Part shown: in pieces, positions 29,087 through 38,197 of the stretch
Layout of the letters: every line of letters starts with the position of its first letter
How positions within the stretch are numbered: the stretch's first letter is position 1
IMG/VR virus record: IMGVR_UViG_3300010883_000001
Span: 32,001 to 96,000 of that record
Length of the DNA: 64,000 nucleotides
Reading direction: 5' to 3' (one strand)
DNA from: a virus
The notes under the pieces: generated by a model
What the model saw: only the letters and a program-made list of their open reading frames with translations
Databases searched by the model: none
What the model was told of the DNA's origin: nothing
Made by a program: the position numbers and the translations under genes

Positions 29087-31576
29087 ATGAAAAAAAAGGC
29101 GTTTACCTACAAGCAGGCCTTTGGTGATAGTTTAGAGTATTTTGATGGTGATGATTTAGCTGCTAATGTTTTCATTACAAAGTATGCGTTAACAGATAAG
29201 CACGGAAATATATATGAAAATACTCCGCAACAGATGCATAAAAGGTTAGCTAAAGAATATGCAAGGATAGAAAAAAAATACCCAAACCCGTTAATGGAAG
29301 ATGAAATATTCGAGCTATTTGATAGGTTTAAGTACGTAGTGCCTCAAGGATCACCCATGTCAGGAATAGGGAATGACCATCAGGTCCAGTCAATTTCTAA
29401 CTGTTTTGTAATTGAGTCACCCCATGATTCATACGGAGGTATATGTAAGACAGACCAAGAGTTAGTCCAGATAGCAAAACGTCGAGGGGGGGTGGGTTTT
29501 GATATATCTACAATTCGCCCAAAAGGGCAGACCACACAAAATTGTGCCAGATCGACAGACGGAATAGAAGTTTTTATGGATAGGTTCTCTAATTCGTGTA
29601 GGGAGGTTGCACAAAACGGTCGACGTGGTGCCTTGATGTTATCTATATCTGTTCATCATCCACAAATTCATGATTTTGTAAAGATAAAGCGTAATTTGAC
29701 TCGGGTAACTGGTGCTAATATTTCGATCCGTCTAACGGATGAGTTTATGAATGCTGTAAAGAATGAAACCCTTGTACAGCTAAGATGGCCTGTGGATTCT
29801 AAGGATCCTATTGTCAAAGAGAAGGTTAGCGCTAGCGATTTATGGCATGAGATAATAGAATCAGCCCACGCGTGTGCAGAACCAGGATTATTATTTTGGG
29901 ATAATGCAACCAGCCTTTCACCGGCAGATATCTATTCAGATCAAGGGTTTGGTTCAACGTCAACTAATCCCTGCGGCGAAATCATATTATCACCATATGA
30001 TAGTTGTAGGTTAATGCTGATTAATTTAAAGTCATTTGTTACCGATCCCTTTACTGACAATGCAACATTTGATTTTGATAAATTTTCAACTATTGTAATG
30101 AAGGCACAACGTCTTATGGACGATATGGTTGATATTGAGATTGAACAGATTGATAAGATAATATCAAAAATAAATAAAGATCCAGAGCCAAAAGCTGTAA
30201 AAAATATTGAGTTAAATTTATGGAAAAACATAAGAGATCGCGCAAAACAAGGTCGTAGAACCGGCTTAGGTATAACTGCGGTAGGTGATACATTGGCTGC
30301 GTTGGGAATTAAATACGGATCAGATCAAAGTATTGAAAGTATTGAGTCTATATATCGTTCTTTGGCAATTGCATCATATCGTTCATCATGCCAGTTAGCA
30401 AAAGAGCGTGGTGCTTTTCCTATTCACGATCATGAGCGCGAAGCGAACCACGAGTTTTTAAGTAGGATATTCGCTGCAGACCATGAGATAGAAGTTTTGA
30501 ATAAGACATACGGTAGACGAAACATTGCATTAACAACGACGGCCCCTGCTGGATCTGTATCAGTCTTAACACAGACGTCTTCCGGTATTGAGCCGGCATT
30601 TTTATTAAAATATACGAGAAGAAAAAAGTTAACTGAGAATGATGTTGATCCTCGAGTGGACTTTATAGATGATTCCGGAGATAAATGGCAGGAGTTTGAT
30701 GTTTATCACCATGGATTTAAGCAATGGATGGACGTAACTGGACTAAAGAAGATTACAGATTCTCCTTATTTTGAGGCATGTTCTAATGATATCAACTGGG
30801 TTCAAAAAGTGAAAGTCCAAGCCGCGGCCCAACGGTGGGTTTGTCATGCAATTTCAAATACAACGAACCTCCCTTCTGACACAACCATTGAAACAGTTAA
30901 AGATGTATATATGGCTGGGTGGATATTAGGTTGTAAGGGCGTGACGGTTTATAGGGACGGCTGTAGATCTGGTGTCTTGATAGGTACTAGTGATAAAAAT
31001 GATAACTCAAAAAACCCTGATTTAGTTGAGAATGCTAATAAAAGACCTGATGTATTAGACTGTGAAATCCATAGAGCGACTATTAAAGGTGAAGACTGGA
31101 CAATACTCGTTGGAATAATGAATGATAGACCTTATGAAATATTTGGTGGTCTATCTGAATATGTTGAAATCCCTAAAAAATATGGTCAAGGAAGAATTCG
31201 TAAACGACCAAGAAAAACAATGTTGTCTAAGTATGATTTAACGATAGGAAGAAATGGCGATGAGATAATTATAAAGGATATAGTAAAAGTTTTCGATAAT
31301 CCTAATCATAGTGCTTTTTCGCGAACGTTATCACTTACTTTAAGGCATGGTGTACCTATCCATTATTTAGTAGAACAATTGCAGAAAGATAAGGACGCTG
31401 ACTTGTTTTCACTTTCTAGGGTCATAGCTAGGTGCCTAAAGAAATATATAAAGGATGGAACAAGGGCTGGAAACGGTACTATCACCTGTAACTGTACAAG
31501 TATAGAGCAAAGTAACGTAATATACCAAGAAGGATGCGCGATATGTTTAACTTGCGGCGCATCTAAGTGTGGGTAA
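29087..31576 (+). CDS. nrdJ: Class II (adenosylcobalamin-dependent) ribonucleotide reductase
   Basis: SNCFV, GGVG, RRGALM, ANIS, EPGLLF, TNPCGE, RRTGLG, APAGS, SSGIEP, KGVTVYRDGCR. C-terminal Cys-rich domain (EGC..C..CG.SKC). No beta subunit adjacent. Confidence 0.9.
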   Translation: MKKKAFTYKQAFGDSLEYFDGDDLAANVFITKYALTDKHGNIYENTPQQMHKRLAKEYARIEKKYPNPLMEDEIFELFDRFKYVVPQGSPMSGIGNDHQVQSISNCFVIESPHDSYGGICKTDQELVQIAKRRGGVGFDISTIRPKGQTTQNCARSTDGIEVFMDRFSNSCREVAQNGRRGALMLSISVHHPQIHDFVKIKRNLTRVTGANISIRLTDEFMNAVKNETLVQLRWPVDSKDPIVKEKVSASDLWHEIIESAHACAEPGLLFWDNATSLSPADIYSDQGFGSTSTNPCGEIILSPYDSCRLMLINLKSFVTDPFTDNATFDFDKFSTIVMKAQRLMDDMVDIEIEQIDKIISKINKDPEPKAVKNIELNLWKNIRDRAKQGRRTGLGITAVGDTLAALGIKYGSDQSIESIESIYRSLAIASYRSSCQLAKERGAFPIHDHEREANHEFLSRIFAADHEIEVLNKTYGRRNIALTTTAPAGSVSVLTQTSSGIEPAFLLKYTRRKKLTENDVDPRVDFIDDSGDKWQEFDVYHHGFKQWMDVTGLKKITDSPYFEACSNDINWVQKVKVQAAAQRWVCHAISNTTNLPSDTTIETVKDVYMAGWILGCKGVTVYRDGCRSGVLIGTSDKNDNSKNPDLVENANKRPDVLDCEIHRATIKGEDWTILVGIMNDRPYEIFGGLSEYVEIPKKYGQGRIRKRPRKTMLSKYDLTIGRNGDEIIIKDIVKVFDNPNHSAFSRTLSLTLRHGVPIHYLVEQLQKDKDADLFSLSRVIARCLKKYIKDGTRAGNGTITCNCTSIEQSNVIYQEGCAICLTCGASKCG

Positions 31577-31586
31577 AGGATAAAAT

Positions 31587-31979
31587 ATGGCATATTCTAA
31601 AAAAGTTATAGATCACTATGAAAACCCTAGAAATGTTGGTGCATTAGACAAGGATGATTTGAGGGTTGGAACAGGATTAGTCGGTGCTCCCGCATGCGGA
31701 GATGTGATGCGCTTACAGATTAAAGTTGATGAAAATGAAAAAATAATAGATGCTAAATTCAAAACATATGGCTGCGGATCCGCAATTGCTGCATCTTCTT
31801 TGTTAACTGAGTGGATAAAAGGACGCACAATAAATGAAGCGCTTGAAATTAAAAATACTGAAATAGTAGAATATCTAAGCTTACCACCAGTAAAAATACA
31901 CTGTTCTGTTTTAGCTGAAGATTCAATACGGGCAGCTATAAAAGATTATAGGAGTAAAGTTAGTGAAGTGGACTACTGA
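31587..31979 (+). CDS. iscU: Fe-S cluster scaffold IscU
   Basis: MAYSKKVIDHYENPRNVG, GAPACGDVM, FKTYGCGSAIA, LPPVKIHCS. All three Cys ligands are present. Confidence 0.95.
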   Translation: MAYSKKVIDHYENPRNVGALDKDDLRVGTGLVGAPACGDVMRLQIKVDENEKIIDAKFKTYGCGSAIAASSLLTEWIKGRTINEALEIKNTEIVEYLSLPPVKIHCSVLAEDSIRAAIKDYRSKVSEVDY

Positions 31980-32565
31980 GATATCACCCCTCTTAAAAGA
32001 ATATGAATTAAAGAAAAGTCCTATTATAGTACGGGTGAATAAGTTTGATGAAGAAAATGCAAAAGCATTTCATAACCAGGTTGCTGCTGCTCATAATACG
32101 GGTCAAAAAATAATTCCAGTTGTTATTGATTCATATGGAGGCCAGGTATATAGTTTAATGGCAATGATTAGCGCAATACAATATTCTGAGATTCCTATCG
32201 CAACAATTATTGAAGGAAAGGCAATGAGTTGTGGTGCCATTCTTTTTACATTCGGTGAGCAGGGTTTAAGATTCATAGATCCGAACGCGACTGTCATGAT
32301 TCACGATGTTTCTTCTATGGACTTCGGAAAAGTAGAAGAATTAAAAGCTGGCGCCGAAGAAGCTGATCGTTTAAACACCAAGATTTATGGTATGATGGCA
32401 AGGAATTGTGGTAAGAAAGATGATTATTTTATGAAGATTGTTGATAAGAAAAAGCACGCCGACTGGTTTCTTGATGCAGCTGCGGCAAAAAAGCATGGCC
32501 TTGCAAATCACATTAGGGTGCCTAAGATGCATATATCAATAGGTGTAGATATCGATTTTGAGTAA
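31963..32565 (+). CDS. clpP: ClpP-like protease
   Basis: IDSYGG.VY, G.AMSCG (Ser), MIHD (His), DWFLDA..AK..GL. Confidence 0.85.
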   Translation: MKWTTEISPLLKEYELKKSPIIVRVNKFDEENAKAFHNQVAAAHNTGQKIIPVVIDSYGGQVYSLMAMISAIQYSEIPIATIIEGKAMSCGAILFTFGEQGLRFIDPNATVMIHDVSSMDFGKVEELKAGAEEADRLNTKIYGMMARNCGKKDDYFMKIVDKKKHADWFLDAAAAKKHGLANHIRVPKMHISIGVDIDFE

Positions 32566-32668
32566 TTGTGTTTTTTTAATTTAATGTTTTTAGTGACGCG
32601 GTATAATTAACTAGCGCATTATAGTTTTGTTAGTTTTCGTTTTCGTTTTTGTTAGTTGAGTTAAGTAA

Positions 32669-35600
32669 GTGACTGCAATCAGTGTTAGAACATTAACCGT
32701 CAGATCTGGATCTGATGTGGTAATTTCTGATCCTACAACTATCGGGGCCACCGATGGTATTATCATTAATAATCTTGGAGCAGGATTCGCGGCGTTGACG
32801 GCATCTATTGGTGTTCCGGAAGATGGCTCATATGCTGAGGGATTATTCACCGACTTTAAACCAACTACTAGATTAGGGATAGCAATTGATAGATTTAATG
32901 AAATCTTAAAATTACTCGTTCCTTCACCCGCCCCAGATTTAAGTGATATTGCTCCGGAGAATACTGGATCATTTGCTAAGTTATCATTTGGATCATCAAA
33001 CGTAATATTACACTACACTAACTCTTCCACAAATGCAGGTTTCGCAGCCGTTGATACAAGCGGTCAGTATAGTCATTTACTGAGTAATGGATCAAGCATT
33101 AGAAGGGGCACTTTTAATGGAGCCACTAATATCTTTGGCGATGTTAATGAGCTAATATCAGAAGACAGGTACTCAAACAGTGTATTAAATTTTCCTTCTC
33201 ACTCATTTGGAAATGCAGAGTTAGGAAATCTAAATCTTGAAGTAAATGGTTCAAATATACATACAGTAGATTTATCAAATGCAGGTACCGGGTTGGGTCT
33301 TCCTGCTAGTGGTACACAGAATAATATAAATGGAAATGGCTCTGGGTTTAAGACGCTATCTGCTAAATCAACTGGAACATTTGAGAATAGTACAAGTTTT
33401 GAAACTTTTAAGCATAGGACAACCAGATTTCATATAGCTGCAGCTGATCAGTGCGTGGGATGGAATTATGCAAGAATTACACATACCGACGGCTCGGTCA
33501 CAAGGTCAACAAATTACGTAGAGTGGGTTAATGATACAGATAATAACGCATTAAGCGCAGCGGGAAATGCATTCACAAAAGATACATTTACACCGGGAAC
33601 AAACTTAAGTGGCGTAAAATATTATGCATCGGGAACTGCTAACTATAAGGTGCGTGTTTCGAACGCTTATAGAAATATATTCACGACAAAAAGTATTTCA
33701 TTTTCCCCCCTAACGAATGTCACAATCGCTGATCAGGCTTTCCCCGATATCGGAGGGGGCGAAAACCACACAAAGATACTACACATAACTGGATCTGCGA
33801 CTGTAAGTGCTACAAAGTTATTGAATGAATCAGTCGCCTCGGCAATAAATGTTGATCACCCGCTTAAGGCAAACCTCAATGGTGCTGGTGGTGCAACACT
33901 ATCAGGTATATTATTATATCGCTTGAGTGATACATCAACATCAATATTGGAAACGTTTAGACAGGAGACACAGAGGTTACAGTCGGGCTCATTTAATGCT
34001 CAAGCAGATTTGTCTGGTGTTGGGTGGGATTCTACATCACATGTATCCGGAGCAAACCCACATGGTGATGGTCTTTTATTCTATAATGAAAAATTAGTAG
34101 CACCTAGAAATTCATTGCTTTCAGGTGATTTCAGAAATGCAGCCGAGGGAGGTTCTATAGCTATAGCTCCAAATAGTAACCCTAACTACTCTGGGATTAA
34201 TGCTGGAACAAGGACATTTTTTAGATCATTTACGAATGCCTTGGGCTCAGCTGCTGACTCGGTTTCGCTAACGATCCAAGGGTCTTCAAATATCATTAAT
34301 TATGATGCTGCATTCGGCGTAGGAAAATGTAGGATTTTCGTTAAGTTTCCAACCGGCTCTGGGGGGAAAGCGACAGGCTGGCTAGATGTATCAAAACAGT
34401 TTATATCGGGTACATATGCTAATGGCGCCGGTGTGGTATACGGGGCATTAGATAATACGCTGAACTCCACAATTGGTTGTACTTTTGGAAACAGAAGAAT
34501 TACTAATGGCGAGAAAGTCGCACTTAAAGTAGAGGCAGCTGCATCATGGACTGGAAATATAGGGCAGATAAGTGTTACATTTGGGGCCTCTAATGCCGTT
34601 GATGCTCCCAATCTTACGACTATTACCTCAACAACAAATGGCACTAGTGCAAAGCTAAGTTTTGGTTCATCGAATTCGATAGCAGGATATTCAAATGTTG
34701 CCGTCACACATGGGGTTACAGCATCAGTCGATGCTAATGGCTCATATGCAACTGGCAGTCCTATTAATAGGCATGCAGTATTCATTGCTGCAAATACCGG
34801 TGTAACAGCATCGGTCTCATCGGGTGTTGCCGCAAATTCACCAAATTATCCAGTAAGATCTTTTGGTGAGGGTGATACTGGGACATTACAATTAGAGCTA
34901 AATAGCGCCGTTGTGCATACGATGGATTTAGCAACATTTTCAGGTGCTGGTGCACCAGGATCGGGTACGGCACAGTCTTTGACGAGTGGTACTGGGTTTG
35001 TAAGCGTTAGTACATCTCAACCCGCGACGGGCTCAAATGGTATACCTGATTTCTTAAAGATGACAAGAACGGCAAACTTGGTCGTATCTGCCAGTACGAT
35101 GCGTAATGGGTGGAATTATGCCAGGGTTATTCATACTGCTCCCGCGGGTGATAGGGCAACAAACTATGTTGAATGGGTTATCGATGGTGACACAACATCG
35201 GTAACGATTGATCCAGTACTGGAAAATTTTACTGATGAAACAACATTCTATCAGAGTGGCGTAAAATACTTCGTAAATCCAAGAACGTTCTTTAAGGCAT
35301 CCGTGATCGGTTCCTATCTGAATGTATATTCAGATTCTGCTTCTGCAATATCATTCAATAATTTGTCAAACGTATCAGTGTCTGCGATTACGGGATCTGG
35401 TGATGGTGTTACAACAGCTATAGCTGCTGCTGCATCAATGGCCAAGCCGGCGATCAATACCACCATTGTTAACGCCGAACAAAAGGTACTAAATCTTACT
35501 GGGACCTTAGATTTTTCGCGTGCGTCAAGTCTCCCAGAGGATGCACACACCGCCGGCGCTCGACTCAATGTTATACATCCGTTTGAAGGTACAACAACAA

Positions 35601-36364
35601 CCACGACTCTTACAAAGTCAAATTTTCTAGTATATAGCAGTTCTGATTCATCAAATATAAATACTGTCGAAAATTTTTCACATGAAGCCTACAGGGTAAT
35701 ATCGGGTAGCTATACAACACAAGCCTCATTAACAAACTCGGGAAATAAGTGGAATCCACAAACTTCGCTGAATGGCGTTGATGGTGGCCATAATACGGGT
35801 CTTTTAGTTTATAATGGTCATATATATTCACTCAAAGCGAAAGGAAATTCCGGAGATTTTAGAAATATAGCAGATGGAGGGATCTATCAGGGCCCCTTAT
35901 CAAACGTAAATTATAGTGCACCATCAAATTCTACTAGAACATATATTAGGTATTTTAGGAATAATAATTCCGGAGACAGGCCTGAGATTACTATTACTAT
36001 AACCGGCGACGCCACGGCTGTAGCACAGCAGTCAAATATCGGGGGTGATACAGTGGGAACGCTGGGGGCTAGCAAAAATATTTTTATCGAAGCAAAAATT
36101 CCAGGTAAAACTGGGTGGCTTGACGTTATGCGTTCGACTGATGGCGCAGGTACGCTCTCTGACGGCGACGGCGCTCTTTCAGGAGATCAAGATACCGGCA
36201 TCGATGGATCGGGTGCAATTAATATATGCACCTTTAACGGCGTTACTCTGGATGGAGAAACTTCAGGTGGGGGAGCTGGAACGGGCGAGCTAGTTGCCAT
36301 AAGGATGCAAGCACATAAAGACTGGACAGGGTACATCTCACAGATCTCTGTCACGTATGTATAA
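32669..36364 (+). CDS. Large virion structural protein with two ~558-aa tandem repeats
   Basis: S/T/G/N-rich. AKLSFGSSN, GWNYAR..HT, TNYVEWV, SGVKY, SGDFRN and TGWLDV each occur twice. Confidence 0.7.
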   Translation: MTAISVRTLTVRSGSDVVISDPTTIGATDGIIINNLGAGFAALTASIGVPEDGSYAEGLFTDFKPTTRLGIAIDRFNEILKLLVPSPAPDLSDIAPENTGSFAKLSFGSSNVILHYTNSSTNAGFAAVDTSGQYSHLLSNGSSIRRGTFNGATNIFGDVNELISEDRYSNSVLNFPSHSFGNAELGNLNLEVNGSNIHTVDLSNAGTGLGLPASGTQNNINGNGSGFKTLSAKSTGTFENSTSFETFKHRTTRFHIAAADQCVGWNYARITHTDGSVTRSTNYVEWVNDTDNNALSAAGNAFTKDTFTPGTNLSGVKYYASGTANYKVRVSNAYRNIFTTKSISFSPLTNVTIADQAFPDIGGGENHTKILHITGSATVSATKLLNESVASAINVDHPLKANLNGAGGATLSGILLYRLSDTSTSILETFRQETQRLQSGSFNAQADLSGVGWDSTSHVSGANPHGDGLLFYNEKLVAPRNSLLSGDFRNAAEGGSIAIAPNSNPNYSGINAGTRTFFRSFTNALGSAADSVSLTIQGSSNIINYDAAFGVGKCRIFVKFPTGSGGKATGWLDVSKQFISGTYANGAGVVYGALDNTLNSTIGCTFGNRRITNGEKVALKVEAAASWTGNIGQISVTFGASNAVDAPNLTTITSTTNGTSAKLSFGSSNSIAGYSNVAVTHGVTASVDANGSYATGSPINRHAVFIAANTGVTASVSSGVAANSPNYPVRSFGEGDTGTLQLELNSAVVHTMDLATFSGAGAPGSGTAQSLTSGTGFVSVSTSQPATGSNGIPDFLKMTRTANLVVSASTMRNGWNYARVIHTAPAGDRATNYVEWVIDGDTTSVTIDPVLENFTDETTFYQSGVKYFVNPRTFFKASVIGSYLNVYSDSASAISFNNLSNVSVSAITGSGDGVTTAIAAAASMAKPAINTTIVNAEQKVLNLTGTLDFSRASSLPEDAHTAGARLNVIHPFEGTTTTTTLTKSNFLVYSSSDSSNINTVENFSHEAYRVISGSYTTQASLTNSGNKWNPQTSLNGVDGGHNTGLLVYNGHIYSLKAKGNSGDFRNIADGGIYQGPLSNVNYSAPSNSTRTYIRYFRNNNSGDRPEITITITGDATAVAQQSNIGGDTVGTLGASKNIFIEAKIPGKTGWLDVMRSTDGAGTLSDGDGALSGDQDTGIDGSGAINICTFNGVTLDGETSGGGAGTGELVAIRMQAHKDWTGYISQISVTYV

Positions 36365-36374
36365 GGAGTAAGTT

Positions 36375-37715
36375 ATGGCTGGAAAGACTAATCAGACTGC
36401 AACACTCTTCGCACAGAAAAAGCTTCTAGGTAAAGCTAATACCAGTAATTTAAAGTCAGATTCTCAAGAGCTAATAGGCTCAAGTATTCAGGCAGGTACA
36501 CAGGCATTATTTGGACAGCTTATACCTGCAGTTCCAGTACAGACATTAAGCATAATTCAATCTGCTAGCATGGGTGCCCCGGCAACAGTTGAGTATGTTG
36601 ATTTTACTGTCCATGTTGTAACCGGCACTACTTATGATGGAAATGATTCTGGTGCTGGTGGCGATGGCTCACAAGATCCGGGCCCGCACTGTTATAAGCT
36701 TAAGTTATCGCCAGGGTATCAGGCTGCTACCGCAAATCCGAGTGCTGGAACATACCCCTTTAATAATAGCGCAACTTTACATGAAACCTTGGGTACCCTA
36801 CAGATAATCCCCCCCAATTTCTCTCAGGCAGCGCCTAACCCATACATTCTTAATATATACGATGGTGATCCTGCCGGCGCGGGTAATAAATTAGCACTAT
36901 TAGATGAAATAGACTGGCAACTAGATCCATATAATGGCGTTTTATATATTCAAGATTACGACGCGTCGAAGATTCCTACACATGCAAGAGGCTTTATATA
37001 TGTAGGAAAGATGCTAGATGATGTGCTTGATTCCTTATCAGGTTCCTCAGGTAACTCAGCAACAGGATCAGCACCAAATAATATAAAAAATAGATCAAAA
37101 CAGACTTATTTTATAACATCATCAGTATCAGCTGGAGCACTTATTCAAGTTGCAAATACAAGTTTTTCAGTTGCAGGTTACCATCCAGAGCTGGTGGATG
37201 TTTCTTTGAATGGTGCTTTATTGGTTTCTGGTTCAACGGCTCAGGTCGCTGCCAAAGAAGTAGATTATCTTATCAAAGATGATAGTACCTTAAGGTTTTC
37301 TTTTGATCTTTCGCAGGATGATTTATTATCTGTTAATGTTTTTGCTAGTGGAACTATTTCTGATGAAACAATCTTGACATATACATCTAGTAGTATGTTA
37401 TCAATGAGCAGAAAACTTACACCTGGCTCTGGCATATTATTTTCGTCTGCTAGTGCTGGTATATTTGAGATATCCTCACAAAGAATTAAAACAAACTATA
37501 CACTTACTGCTCCTCTTTCTGCTGACGCAATACTTAATATTGCTGGGGCTTCCTTTGACAAGGGTGCCATTAACCAGGACAGGATTGATGTTTACGTCAA
37601 CGGAAGGATGATGATAACCGGTTCATCAAGTGATTATTTCATAACTGGACCGAATACATTATATTTTAAATTTGATTTAAGCATTGACGATAAGATAACA
37701 ACAGTGGTACAATGA
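36375..37715 (+). CDS. Virion structural protein with two DVxxNG modules
   Basis: AAGGAG SD. S/G/T-rich. DVSLNG and DVYVNG modules. Confidence 0.65.
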   Translation: MAGKTNQTATLFAQKKLLGKANTSNLKSDSQELIGSSIQAGTQALFGQLIPAVPVQTLSIIQSASMGAPATVEYVDFTVHVVTGTTYDGNDSGAGGDGSQDPGPHCYKLKLSPGYQAATANPSAGTYPFNNSATLHETLGTLQIIPPNFSQAAPNPYILNIYDGDPAGAGNKLALLDEIDWQLDPYNGVLYIQDYDASKIPTHARGFIYVGKMLDDVLDSLSGSSGNSATGSAPNNIKNRSKQTYFITSSVSAGALIQVANTSFSVAGYHPELVDVSLNGALLVSGSTAQVAAKEVDYLIKDDSTLRFSFDLSQDDLLSVNVFASGTISDETILTYTSSSMLSMSRKLTPGSGILFSSASAGIFEISSQRIKTNYTLTAPLSADAILNIAGASFDKGAINQDRIDVYVNGRMMITGSSSDYFITGPNTLYFKFDLSIDDKITTVVQ

Positions 37716-37850
37716 TCATAGAGATTAATATTTTCCACAATTCTCTTGCGGTTAACATTATTGTTAGAGATATAAGAACGTTTATAGCAAATTATTTGTT
37801 AAAAGAGTGATATTTAAAAGCGTAGACGTGGTAGAAATATAAGGAACAAT

Positions 37851-38078
37851 ATGACTGATGAAAAAAAGACATATGAAACATCGGATCTTGCTATAGCGGC
37901 ATACCTGATGTTGAAGGGACACACCCTTACACATGCCGGAAGACATGCAACCGGTCGTTTTAGTTTCATCTTTAATGACGATGATCAATTGTGCAAGGCT
38001 CATGCAGTAGAATTTTTAAGTTCAGAGTGCTGCAAATTTGATACACATGTAAAAAATTTAAAGAAATTAATTTATTAG
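37851..38078 (+). CDS. Small protein, DUF5659-like (possible nucleic-acid-binding regulator)
   Basis: YETSDLAIAAYLMLKG...F.FIF...LKKLI resembles DUF5659-type proteins. AAGGA SD. Confidence 0.55.
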   Translation: MTDEKKTYETSDLAIAAYLMLKGHTLTHAGRHATGRFSFIFNDDDQLCKAHAVEFLSSECCKFDTHVKNLKKLIY

Positions 38079-38197
38079 ATAGGATGTCTTCTTTCGTATA
38101 GTATAGTTAATATCAGTTATTGTTAGTTTCGTCAGTTTGTCAAGTTTCATATTTTATTTACCTTAGGGTTTAGTAAGTTTAGAAGGGTTATTAGTTT

